Shown piece by piece: positions 39,331 to 52,334 of a DNA stretch of 64,000 nt; position 1 is the stretch's first letter; each line of letters opens with the position of its first letter. The stretch is from Ginglymostoma cirratum (taxonomy: Eukaryota). The notes beneath the pieces are model-generated. The model did no database searches. It saw only the letters and a program-made list of their open reading frames with translations, and had not been told where the DNA came from. The stretch lies in contig JAHRHZ010000013.1 of NCBI GenBank assembly GCA_024137785.1, positions 12,666,707 through 12,730,706 of the forward strand. Direction: 5' to 3'. The position numbers were made by a program, and so were the translations under genes.

Positions 39331-42300
39331 GCCGTTACATGGAGATATTAGGCAGAATTTCTCAGACCTTGAACTTTGTGGACAATAGCAAGAAAGTTGG
39401 AATAATCATATGAGATGGCCAGCAAGGAGCTTATCAATGTCAAAAGCCAGAAGCCTATTTTCCAAGCATGTGTTTCAAAACAAGACGAGATTCTTCCTCA
39501 TGAACAGTGAGATGCCAATCTACACGCATTAGCACATACGAGCAATTCATTGTTGCCTACTTTCACTTCATTAATGTACAGTTTCACATTCTCCCAACCA
39601 CTAGATAGAAACTGGATGGCAAAAATTCTTGATGTGAACATCAAAGCAGTTACCTGACAACTTCAGTTTGCCACTTTCCTATCCAGAATTTCATCTTGGA
39701 TACCAAGGCACCAACATCTCGGAGCACACTTCATGGACAGTGACTCTGTACAGCTCTCCATCCTTGGCATCTAACACATGCCTGCCCCATTGCATCATCA
39801 TGGTACATCTCCAATCCATTTCTAACACGCTTCTGTACTGAAATGCCACACTTTCACACATCGCTGCCTCTCATTGCAATGCTGCTCAAGGAGATTTTGC
39901 ATTCAGAGACATGCACCCATCTCATGGATTCAACTAGGATGCATCTCAGGGCTGCTTGTTCGTTCATTCTCTTAGCACTCACTCATTCAGTGCCTACTTT
40001 GATGCTCACAGCATCCCTTCCTTGCCTTTTTGCACTTTGCCCCCAGGGTGAAATGCCATAGTTTTTTTGATCATCTATCCTTAATCAAAGGAATGTGTGA
40101 ATTCCCTGGATGGCTGTAAATTATCCGTATTTAACTAGGTTTTTTGTTCAATACTCAAGACTGACGTCAGCTCAGAATGCCAATAGCTGCATGATTGCAG
40201 TGGTTACTTTAATAGTCTGTGACCAAATTTTAGATTATTTTATTGACTGAAACTTCATAATATATTAGAACATGGCAGAGGGGACAGTGTAATTATTCGG
40301 ATAGACAGTTCAGACTGTGACTCCCAAAGGCTGTGTTGCCTGCTGAGTGCTAGGGTTAATGACGTATCTTGGGCCAGAGAAGAAGTTTGAATGGAAAGGA
40401 AACATCTATTTGTTATGGTCCATATAGATAATAATAATGCCATAGGCAGAACTAGGAAAGAAGTTTTGCTGAGAGTATACAGGCACATAGGAGCTAAACT
40501 TAAAAAGTAAAACCACAAAATTGATGACCTATAGATTTTTACCAAGTCTACAAGCAAATTGGCAAATGGTAAATAAGATCAGAGAGCTAAAAACATGGTT
40601 TAAAGTTTGGTGTGAGAGAAATGTGTTCTGATTCATGAAGCAGTGGTGACAGTACTGAGATTTAATGGTGCGGCACTGTTGCCTTGCTCTTTGCCTGAAA
40701 CAAGGCAGGGCAAATTGACCAAGTCTGGGCACTGCATACTCAAGGGTATTTAGTATCTGTGAAGGAGTGAAAGAAAAGGATTTAGATGGCTCTGTCAATA
40801 ACTGATGACATCATGGGTTCAGTTCCTGCATGGGTGAGGTTTCCATGAACGATTCTCCTTCTCAAACTCTCCTCTCATCAGAGGAATTCTGACCCTCAGG
40901 TTAAACCACTATAATTTGTCTTTCTACTGAGTTTTATGGTCTTATAAGACTATGGCAACTTTACTTCTTTAATAGATGAGATCAGAATAATAATGAGAAT
41001 ATACCTGGGCTTAAAGACCAAGATGTTAAATTGTTTGGGTGAAGATAAGAAATAGAAAGGGAAAGATGTCACTTAGTTGAATGAGTTTATCAACCTCTAA
41101 CAGCATAGTTACATTGGCAGTGTATGAATCAAGAAATAATTGTAATGCTTGGAAGAATGGTGCTGCAATAATTGCCATTAAGAGCCAATTGTATTGCTGT
41201 GGATCTGGAGTTACATGTAGGCCAGACTAAATAAGAATGGTAGAATTCCTTCCCTAAAGGATAATAGTACACCAGGTGCAGTTTTACAATAATGGTTACA
41301 GTTAGGCAAGCTTTCAGGTCCAGATTTTTATTAGGTTGAATTTGGATGTCACCATCTGCCCTGGTGGGATTCAAATTTAATTCACAGAACATTAGACTGG
41401 AGTTCTGGGTTGTTAGCCTAGTGATATTATCACATCGCTTCCAGTTACGAATGGTGCAGTCAGAGAGGTATGGCTGTCCTCAGACTGCACACACATCACA
41501 ACATTTTTTTTTCCCTTTCAAATCAATTTGTATGGACATGATGTGACACACCTCTAAGTTTGGTGGCACTTGAATCCAAGCCTCCTTGCCCAGAGATAAG
41601 AACACGACCACAGTACCACAATAAACATCATCACATAATGCTACAGTATTGAAAAAAGAGGAATTAATTCAGATGACAAATGGAATGTTAATCTTCATTG
41701 AAAGGGGAGGTATAAAAGTAGGGAAATATTGCCTCACCTGTTCGGAGTATTGATGAGAGCACACCTACAGTAGTCAGCACATTTTTGGTCTTTTATTTAA
41801 GGAGGAATACACTTTTGCAGCACCTTTTTGAATGCTTTTTGGAAACTAAGTCCACCAAACCTACTAATTCCCTACTTTCTATTCTATTAGGTACACATTC
41901 AAAAACTTCTAAATTTCCTAACATGTTCTGGTTGCCTGTCATTTTGTCTCTAGTAATAGATTCTGACATTTTCCTACAGCTGATGTCAAATTTACTGGCT
42001 TGTAGTATGCTCTTTACTCTCCCAGTCCTTTCTCAATTAGGAGAATAATATTTCTACCTTCCAATGCATGACAACCATTTGAGAGTCTGGGGAATTCTGG
42101 AAGATTGAAACCAATGTAACATCTATCTTTATGAAGTTTTAGAGCATACAGCATCAGGTTTGTAGAATATGTTAGTATTTTGTTCTATTAGGTTTATCTA
42201 GGATTAATTCTTTGCTAATGCCAATGAGTTTGCTCACTTTCACTTGGCACTTTGTTCCTCACTACTTCCAGAATGCTATTTTTTAATGTCAACTACAACG

Positions 42301-42551
42301 AAGGCAGTGTTGTTTCTTTATTCCACCCTCCAATGTCACCTATTTCTATCTCTAAGGGATTCATGCTTACTTTTGCTAATCTGCTCATTTTCACATACCT
42401 TTTAGAGGCTTTTGTACATGTTTTTATATTTCCTGTTAGTTTACCAAACTATTCTATTGCTTTTCCTTTACTAATTTCTTTATCATTATTTGGTTAAATT
42501 TCAAAATCCTCTTAATATTCAAGTTGACTATTCCTCTTAACAAAATTATCA

Positions 42552-43245
42552 GAACATAGCATAAGAAATAGGAGCAAGAGGAGGCAATTCAGCCCTCAAG
42601 CCTGTTCCACCATGGCTGACCTTATCTTGGCCTCAACTCTCCTTTTTTGCCTGCCCTCCATACCCCTTCATCCTATTCCTAATTAAAAATCTGTCTAACG
42701 CCTCCTTAAATTTATTCAATATCCCAGCATCCAACACACACTACGATACTGAATTCCACAGATTCAGCACCCTTTAAGAGAAGTAACTTCTTCTCATTTC
42801 TGAAGAAGAGTCTCGACTCAAAACGTCAGCTTTCCTGCTCCTCTGATGCTGCTTGGCCTGCTGTGTTCATCCAGCCCCACACCTTGTTATGTCCTCATCT
42901 CTGTTTTAAACCTGCCATCCCTTACCCTAAAGCTGTGGCTTCTCATTCTAGATTGTCCCACGTGAGGAAACATCCCTTCTATGTCAACTTTGTCCATCTC
43001 CTTTAGAATCGCATATGCCTCAGTTAGGTCGCTTCTCATTCTTCTAAATGATTGATTGTATAAGCCTAAATTGCTCAATCTCTGTTCTTGAGACAAACTG
43101 CACATCTCTGGAATCAATCTTAGTGGATCTCCTCCGAATCATACAACTACATCCTTCCCCAAATAAAGGAACCAAAATTGTATGCAATAATCCAGGTACA
43201 GGCTCATTAATGCCTTTACAGTTACTATATATAAGCCTCTTACTT
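42552..43245 (-). mobile_element. CR1 3' fragment
   Basis: ORF EQRLSNLGLYNQSFRRMRSDLTEAYAILK...SRMRSHSFRVRDGRFKTEMR plus a CR1 tail. Confidence 0.8.
42800..42891 (+). mobile_element. Penelope-like pLTR fragment starting with a decayed hammerhead core
   Basis: CTGAAGA A GAGTC-TC-GACTC AAAA CGTC followed by the family body GATGCTGCTTGGCCTGCTGTGTTCATCCAG. Degenerate TSD TTCTCATTTC / TCCTCATCTC. Sits in a CR1 3' end. Confidence 0.75.
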
Positions 43246-44330
43246 TAATCTCTTTTATTTAATAACCACAATTTGACCAATTTTCATTTAGGATTAGTAT
43301 AATCATTGCTAGTTTGTAAGTAAGCAAGTTACGTTTACCATCGCTAATGTACTATAATTGTTGATGATCTTCTTTCTCAACCTGCATCAGTCAACTCACC
43401 CCTCAAATGTAGATCATTTATTTTGTTCCAATTCTTATTGCATTCAATAAGAAATTCAATCATATCGATACTGTTTAAGAAACTAGTTTATGACAAGGCT
43501 ATAAATTAGCCTTCTCTAAATGCACAGAACTCGCTCCAAAATAAACTGCTCTCTTATTTGTTTCTTGACATACTGAACCAGGAAATGATCCCAAACACAT
43601 TCCACTAACTTATACCCTAGAAAATTAAATTACTGAAAATTTGGTCTGCTCAGTGTTTTTGAAGATTTAATTACCCCATAATTTCTGCATTTAACTTTTT
43701 ACATGCAGCTTTAATTTAATCAAAAACAAGTCATATTTATGTTGCACCTTTGACGTAATAAAATATCCCAAGATATTATTCAGGAGTGTCATAGACCAAC
43801 ATTGACACCAAGCCCCTTAAGGAGAAATTGGAGCAGATGACCAAAACTTTTGTCAAAGAGGTAGCTTTAAATAATTCCCCAGAAAAAGGAAAACGAGGTA
43901 GAAATATGAGTAGGTTTAGAAGGGAAAGTCCAGAATAAAGAGAGTAGGCATCTTAAGCTATAACCACCAATGTTGTATTTCTGGGAAACAAGGGATGCAC
44001 AAGCAGCCGAAATTAGAGGAGAGCAGATATCTCAGATTACTGTGAAGCTGGAGAATGTTACAAAGGCAGGAAAGGTGAAAAAAAGGAAGGATTTAAAAGC
44101 AAGGTTGAGAACTTTAAAATGAGACAGTTGTCTAACCAGGATCAAGTGGTAGGTCAGCAGGCACAGCCGATAGGTGAACAGGAAATGGAGGAAGTTGGCA
44201 AGGTGCACATTGGAATAGTCAATTTTTTGCATAACAAAGCCAGGGATGGGTGCATCAGCAGCTGGCAAGCTGTGCTAGGAACCAAATCAGGCAATATTAC
44301 TGACATAGAAATAGTTGGTCAAAGTGATGG

Positions 44331-44506
44331 AACTTCTCCTCATTTCTGAAGAAGGGTCTCGACCCAAAACATCAGCTTTTCTGCTCCTCTGATGCTGCTT
44401 GGCCTGCTGTGTTCATCCAGCTCTACACCTTGTTATCTCCTCATCTCTGTTTTAAACCTGCCATCCCTTACCCTAAAGCTATGGCTTCTCTTTCTAGATT
44501 GTCCCA
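44331..44506 (+). repeat. 176-bp local copy of 42785-42960 (CR1 plus PLE junction)
   Basis: Aligns without gaps by eye with ~10 substitutions. Includes the hammerhead-like motif at 44346-44373. Confidence 0.9.
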
Positions 44507-44983
44507 GATTGTTCTAGATTGGAGCAGACGTAATCCAAAGTTCATTTCAGGCAAGTATAGTACCAAGGCAGTGAACAGTTTGGCTCAGTCTCAGTTTTCC
44601 TGGGAAATTGATGGTGTTGGTGACTAGTGAACAATGTTTGAATTAGGGACCAAAAATAAGATTTCAGTTTGCTCAATATTTAATTATAGGAGATTTTTGC
44701 TTGTTAAGCCCTGAATGGCAGCCAAAGACTGAATATTTGGAGAAAGCGATCAAGCATTCTGGTGGTGAGGTACAGTTGGGTGCATATATATAATTGTATA
44801 TATGGATGCTGTATTTTTGGATTGCATTACCAATAATAGCAACTGTATTATTACTGTCTTTATTATAATAAAACATGCCAAAGTGTTTCTTTGGACCAAT
44901 ATAAAACAAAATATGACACCAATCAAGATAAGGCAACATTAGAGTGAATGACCAAAATCTTTGACAAGAGATAGATTTTCAAT

Positions 44984-45113
44984 TAAAACAAAGAACTGCG
45001 GATGTTGGAACACTGAAACATAAATAAAAATTGCTGAAGAAGTTCAGCAGGCTTGAGAACATTTTTGGAGAGGAAACAGAGTTAACATTTTGAGTCCAGT
45101 GACCCTTCTTCAG
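44984..45113 (-). mobile_element. Penelope-like pLTR fragment with decayed hammerhead core
   Basis: Minus strand CTGAAGA A GGGTC-ACTG-GACTC AAAA TGTT AACTCTG, ending in a GCAGTTCTTTG tail. Approximate TSD AGATAGATTTT / AGACAGATTTT. Confidence 0.7.
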
Positions 45114-48100
45114 ACAGATTTTAATGGCTTTCTTAAAGGAGGAAAGCACGGAAGAGAGGAGGAGAGACTTGGGAAGTGAATTCCAGCATGGAATCCAGCA
45201 GCTAAACATCTTGATCACCTCAACGAGACTGGGAGACGAAGAGTAGCAAGGGGCCAAGGACAGATCCTTGGAGAATACCAGACAGTGTGTGAGTGGGAAA
45301 CTGCAGCACTGGAGGTTATTCTTTGACTGTAAATTATGCGTAGAAAATAATAGAACCAGACATGTGCATTTTCAAACAGCTGGACAACCTGCAGAAGTGT
45401 CTGAGGTGAGTAGTATGGTCACCCCCATGTCAAAGAATGTAAATAGGTCGAGAGGGATGAGGTTTGCTAGTTTACCTTTGTCATACTCATTCAAGATATC
45501 ATTTACACCTTTCGTTCCACTTCTGTGATAGACAAGGAAGACTGATTGCGTGATTTCCTTATTTATACACTGCTTAACACTTCAAATACTATTAGGGGCA
45601 CATAAGCTACTCCCATTATTGTTTTCTTCCCCTTGTTGTTTATTAGATGCACCTAACTGGATTCTAAATCTTGACTTCCTGATCCAGGATCCACACTCTC
45701 AACAGATATTAGCCAATATTTTATTATCAAAACTACACCGTCTCCACTCTTTTCCATTTTCCATTTTTGTTTGAAGAGTAGGTATTCTGGAATGTTTAAT
45801 TCTGACTGGCCACTCAGCAATCACATCTGCAAAATGGTTTTTAGATCAAATCTATATATTTGTACGTGTGCTATGAACTCATCTATTTTGTAATGTGAAC
45901 TTTATGTATTCACATCTTTAATTTGTCAGCTTTTCCCTTACGTCCCCATCATTGCTAAAGCTCACAAAAGTCATCAAACATCTGTTCAATTCTCCAGCCC
46001 TTCCAACCACACGACTTGTTTTTTAAATCACATTGTTATTTTGTTTCTCTGCTCTATGTCTTCAACAACTCTTTCGTTGCTTATTAATTTTACATTTTCC
46101 TGAGTGCTCCCACATCTTTCCTTCATAATGAAAACAACCTATTGTGGTTTTATTCCAGATTTCCATTATACTGAGAAACCAAGTTAGTTACTTTCTCATA
46201 GTTTCAGGCCATGTGAACCATTATAAAGAAGTGTAGCTTCTCTCAGGTCACTCTTGAAGTCCAGTCTAAATACTGGTTGGCATCAAGATCTAGGAAAGCT
46301 ATTCAAGGAACCTTGTGCTTGGGTTAAACACTCATACACAGATAAAAGAAAAAAAATCTTTAGGATGTATGCCATTTACATGCAAACTATACATCATATT
46401 CAAGGTTCTGTTTGCTATAAGACCTCATCTTATTTAAAGGGGCACAGATTGGTTCCAATGATAAAATTTAAGACACTACTGAGATCTATTTCATAAATCC
46501 TGTGTTATAAAACTTTTGAATAAATTTTACAGATTGTCCTATGATTTTAAAATCAGCTGATTAGGTGTTTTATTGTATGTTAAATATTAGCATATGGCAA
46601 ATGAAGTTATTGCATTTGTTGTACCTAAATGGCATTCAAATTGTCTCAAATCGAAGGTCAGATGGATTTTTTTAAAAATAGGGCTTTTTTTTAACGACAG
46701 AACAGCAGGTCTGAAAAGTAGAAAATTAAGTCGACAAATGACAGTACAATTCAACATGCCAGAATCTTTCTTCTATGCAAGTACCATTGATCTGCACAAG
46801 AGCTTATTACACCACCAATACCTGTTCTTATTTTCTCCCTTCTGGTCCTGTATACACACAATTCTGCGACACACTGAAGAGGAGGAAAACGTCTTTTATT
46901 TTCGAGCAATAATTTTACAAAAAAAGGCAAAACAAGTGACTTTGATGTTATAGCTACTAAACGAGTCAGATTCCAAGTGTGAGCCGCATAACTGCGGTAC
47001 AGGCGCCAAACTGCAGCGAAACCGGTAGTTTACAAAGTGAAAACAAATAAGATCTCTCTTCTGAGTACAACGATCTACCGCAACCCAAAGCGAAACTTCC
47101 ACTGCTTTTGTTTAGCAATCAAGTCCCTGAACCGAAGACAGCACCCAAACAGGACACTAGAAGGACAATTATATAAGAATGATCAGACTACCTGGTCGCT
47201 TGGAGCCCATTCATAATTACCAGTGGCCTTACATTTTGAAACGCATATTTTTAAAATTAAATCTGCAGTTTTTGTGAGTGTATATTTATAGGTTTTTTTC
47301 CAAAGCACAATGTTGAGACATATAGAAAGCTGACATAAATAATATTTAAATGACAACTTTAATCAGGTTTGCACTTGTTATACATTTGTTGACAGGTCAT
47401 TAGTGGCATGTGTAATTTTCAAGAATGAAGCCAGCCTGATCTTCGTAATATTTTGATATTGTATTTTTATAAAATATTTTGAATTTTGTCGATTTGCTTA
47501 TTTAGTTATTCCACGTTTTGGCGGAAGAGTGCCGCATACAAGACCGAATTGGGCAGAATTATCAGCAGATTGCATCTCTGAGAAATTGGTATGTGCTGAA
47601 TATGGTGTATTTACTGGACAAGGTCGAATGACTTCCTTCTGCGGTGTAACCATTCCATGGTGCCGTCCACTGAAAGAGAGTGTGTACTATTCAAGCTGAA
47701 TCTCACCAAAAGTTTCTCATATTGTCGCGCGGTGATTCCAGCCTGAAATGTCGAACGTTTTCAAGTCCCGTTCTTTGATTTGCCTCCAGCTAACAAAGCG
47801 ACTATTGTTAAAAGGATGGGAATAACAAGTCCCTACGTTCGTCTATATTTATAATAAACTGTTTAGCACATTGCTGTTACCTCTCTCAAAAATTACAAAA
47901 ATTACAAACTTGAAGGAGAGTTGTACGATTGTAGAAAAGCTTTGATCATGAGATGTTCCTATCCTAAAGCTGCGACCATTGCTCTGTCATTAAAAGTGCA
48001 GACTGTGGATAAACTGAGAAGCAGCTCCAACGAAACGGTTCCCAGGTGTAGAATTTTACCGCAAGAATAGTTGATTTCCCGAGCCATTTCGCAATAAGAA

Positions 48101-50378
48101 AGATTTGGCTATTCCTGTTAACGTCAATTGAACGAAAAATAATCGAAGTTCTTAAAATAATACGTTTTAGCTGGCAGCAATATCTCTTCGTTTTGAAGCG
48201 AACGTTTTTGAAAATTTGGTTTGATGCAAATAAATGACAGCGCTCTTCTGAATTGTGTACGTGTATGAAATAGCGCTGAATACAGTTCATCCGATTAGCC
48301 GTTCTGATTGTTATCGATCCCCCAGGCTCTCTATATGCCCTGGTATTAACTGCGAGAGTTATGCTTAAACTAACGATCAATATAATTGAATTTCGAAATT
48401 TTATATTAATACAACAGGACAAGAGAAAAACAGATCCTTGGTCCATATGTGAATATACATCAGCATGTATGACCGTACTGATCAACGGGAAAATTTAATG
48501 AAACATTGTACATCAATTGCCAAATTTAAAAAGTTCCGCAGTTCTTCAAAATTGTTATATTGATCAGAATGAAAATTTCAAAATGCTTGGATACAAATGA
48601 TTGTAGAGTTTGTTTAAATATTTTTGTTTTTTCGGTTAGTAATGTGTAAAGGTATGCATTGGACAGAAGAAACAGAATGAGTGTTGATTTGCAATGTGTT
48701 GACAGTGTGTTTTCTTAATAATTCCTATTTCACAATACTTGACTCCTTCCTTCTTTTGAACGTAATAATATTGTTTGTAAATATAAAATGTGAGGTATCA
48801 CTCGAGAGTTGCTGTTGCATTGCTAACTTCTTGGCATGGCCTCTTAAAATGATGAATCGGTCCTTACAACCTGACGTACGTTTGTTTAACCTTATGGGCA
48901 AAACTATCAAAAGGTCAAAACTGGGATTGTCCTACGTGTAGACTCAGTTAATTATTTCGAAACAAATTGCTATGCTATGATGTAGATTAATACTGTACTG
49001 GCTGTTCAGTTCACGCCTGTTGTATTTAAAGCGAATTTGTAAATGCAAGAAGCGCTTGTAGTTTTCTATTTTACGTTCATGACAGCAGAAACTACTGTCC
49101 AACTAAATCAACATCAGCCTAAGTTGACAAATATGGAAAATATTTCCAATAAGGCTCACAGTAATTCACGAATTGCTTTGCCTTATTCTGCACAATGACA
49201 AAGACAATTAGAGGTTGTTTCATCTGAAATATAAAAGAGCTCGTGTTAATTTCCGGATCCTCAGAACCGCTGGTGAAACTGCACTGTAGAAAACACATGC
49301 ACTTGAAATGGTTTCAGTAGAAAAGTGAACCAATTTGTGAACTTATAATTGTTGAAAAGAAATAAAAGATTTATATCAATTTTGTTTTGGTTTAAGTTGT
49401 ACTTCTGATAACTCAGCCCTTGATAGTTAAGTATCATCTGGGTCCTGTTAAATCTATGCTGCACCTTTTTTCTCACATAGTTAAATCTTCCACAGCGATT
49501 TATATTGTAGATAATTGAAAATGCACTTGATTAACACTTCTTCTAACACAACCAATGTCAAAAATATTCCTTCAATATTTATCACGTTGTCTTATGTGTG
49601 CATTTCTCTATAGACTTTTCTTCATATTGTTAAATTATCTTTGCTCGTCTGTTTCCCTAATGGTGATGAGTGATTGAGAGTTGAAGGGTTGATTTGACAA
49701 TTTGAGCTGGAGGTCGTTTACTGGTCTTTACAGCTTAGTTATTTTGCGTTCAGGAAAGATTGACTAATTCACTGTAGTTTACTTTTAAATTAGATCGATT
49801 TATTATGAGCTATCTTTGCCCTGATTGCCAGATCGCATGGCTAGCCGAGATTTGTTCTACTTGCAGTCTTTGCTGTTAACTCCTTACATAAATTTAGAAG
49901 ATCATTACACAAACTTCCTACAAAATGTTATCACATTGCAAAAATGAAAAATTTTATAAATATTACAAAATTTTAACAGCTGCGAAAACTAGAGTGGTGC
50001 TGAACATTATGGCGCTGCAATGTAGGGAAATTTCTTCCAACGTGAGATATAAGCGCGGCTGATGATTTTTAGCAATCTTGTTAGGAATCCGTTATAAATT
50101 GTTGCTATAAACTCAATGAATACTAAATGATTCGGAGCTGCGTTGCAACTTGCCATCTTTCAACGAAGTAAATCGTTATATTAAAACAATATCAAGTGTC
50201 AAAAGTCTCGTTAGACCTGCAATAGTGGCTGACCACTTTTGTCTCTGTTCTGACATAAAACTAAACCCCAGTATCGATTAGGACGTCAATGTTTACAAAG
50301 AAGATTACTCAGAACGTGACCTGTCATTAGAATGGGGCAATAAAATATCATTAAATATTCATTTATTCAATGATAGAA

Positions 50379-50391
50379 TGAACTTTGACCT
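50379..50391 (-). promoter_or_regulatory. Perfect DR1 nuclear receptor element near the DR5 RARE
   Basis: Minus strand reads AGGTCA a AGTTCA. Confidence 0.45.
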
Positions 50392-50562
50392 CAAACAAGG
50401 ATAACAATTTGCTTAATACCGTGTATTTTAGTGTGTATTCGAAGAGGTTTTTTTCGTAATTATACGTGGTTTGCTCACACTGTGTCACTGGTGTAGGGCT
50501 CACCCCGAGCGAAAACGGGAGGGCTAATTTGAAAATGACCCAACTCTGAATTAATTTCGGCC

Positions 50563-50579
50563 TGAACTTTCGGTGAACT
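50563..50579 (-). promoter_or_regulatory. HoxA1 3' retinoic acid response element (DR5 RARE)
   Basis: Minus strand reads AGTTCA ccgaa AGTTCA, ~3 kb downstream of the HoxA1 stop. Spacer and position match the mammalian Hoxa1 3' RARE as I recall it (GGTTCA CCGAA AGTTCA). Confidence 0.9.
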
Positions 50580-52334
50580 GGAGATTAAAGAAGGCTGAGC
50601 AGGCCGAGTGGAACAGTTTCTTTAGCTATGGGGTTTTCAGTCAGCCTTTCACACTGAGTAAATATTGATCAGCTTTAATCTGATTGCCCTGGAGTAAAAT
50701 GCAGGATCTCTACATGGGAAAAGGTAAATTCAAGAGGGTGAACATCTAAATGGATGAGGGTTGTCGTCTGGAGATCGTCCTCGTCTCCGATTTATTTTAA
50801 AAAATAGTTTCGAAGAAAGATTTCTATTCATTAGAGATCAATGCTGCATAAGAGGTGACTTAATGTAGAAATAAAGAGAATGTTTTCGGGAGGCATTGAC
50901 TGTCTGGTACGGGGGAAATAATCGCAGAATTGTTACCGTGAAGGAGACCATTCGACCCATCATGTTTACACTGGCTGTCTGAGCAAAATCGTTATAGCAA
51001 ATTAGATCAAAGCCATCCCATGTTTAGTGTTGAATGGTACGACTGAAGTCTCTCGGCGGTTCTTTCTGAAAACCAACCCCCCGTCAGTTTAAAATATTTG
51101 AAAGCGTATTAAAGTCTGCAATTCCTTTGCATGGCATGTGGTTAAAGTCAGCTACTGATTACTGGGCTCCTTTAAGCTTCCGCGGTGGGTGTAGTTTTTC
51201 TGTAAAAAGTTCGTGAATGTATTGTCTTAGTATTTAGATTTGATGTGCATTCACTGATGATTATAAAAATCCATTAAAAAGTACTAAAGATAAACAAGAC
51301 TTGTTTCTTTTTACCGTGAACTGGTACCGAATGTCTGTAATAAAGAGAAATGAAATGTGCAATGTGAGAAGACAAGTGGATTCCACGCGATCGGATTTTA
51401 CGTCTAATCGCTAGCAACAGATGGCAAGGCACTACAGCTGGGTAAAAGCGGAGAACCTGAAATTCTGGAATATCTACCCCAAAAGGCTTTGTAACAGTTA
51501 GGAGACCCTAACAATTAAATTTAACTTTGAGAAGTATATAAAATCCAAAATGTTCCACTTGGAATCTTGTATTTCCAGGCTACTAAGATTGATTTCATTT
51601 CTTACTCTATGTCCGCGGTTTCTCCAGAAATACGTCACTGGTTATAATACACCACGGGATTATTTTATCGCTCTAAAATGCACTATATAAATCCGAGTCT
51701 TTTTCTGCCTATTATCTGAAACAGCTTTAACTCTCGTCATCTCAAATGTTAAACCCTAGGTGTTCTTGATGTCGTACAATTAAATGAATTGATAGCAATC
51801 TAAACATCCACTCCAATAGTTATAAAAATAGGGAGGCATATTGTTTAATTCTTGACAAATTTTGATTTTGTTCAATTTGTTTCCTTTAGTAAACAGAAAG
51901 TGATGCTGGAACCGCTGAGTAACACGTAAGACAGAAAGTTGGAGGTTTCTTTGAAGCTCTTTTGCGTCGAACGTAATCTTCCAAAGGCAGACAACTCTGC
52001 AGCAGACATCTCCCTTGATATGGCCGACATGCCCTAAAACACCATCGACTTTTGCTATTGACACCAAACTGCATCTAATCATGTTTCTGAAGCAAATGCT
52101 AGCAACATTCTAGTCACGCGGCTTCAGCAATCTGTTCAAGCAAAACAATTCGAGAATAGTTTAATTTGGAACCTTGTGTCGGTAAACTTGTGTTTTCCAT
52201 TTCTCGTACTTCGTTTGCTGGAGTATGACTGTGAATGCAACGAATTCTTTGTTGCATTTTGAAGCAAGTCAAGTTGATGACAACCACTGTCATTGGAGAA
52301 TGCCCTGTTTACATATATGTAAATAAGCCATTCA

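Larger units (their letters stand above)
43725..45260 (-). mobile_element. Decayed L2-clade LINE fragments
   Basis: GFVMQKIDYSNVHLA matches L2 AFVTSRLDYCN. CWNSLPKSL..LSSFKKAIK matches the L2 C-terminus. Two 3' tails present. Confidence 0.55.

Noticed and set aside
489-46953. Numerous 60-190 aa ORFs in the left 47 kb as host genes
   Set aside because: They are transposon fragments or chance ORFs with no coherent exon chain. No SKAP2 exon was recognised.
47964-48485. 173-aa minus-strand ORF
   Set aside because: No recognisable domain or splice context, and the composition looks non-coding.
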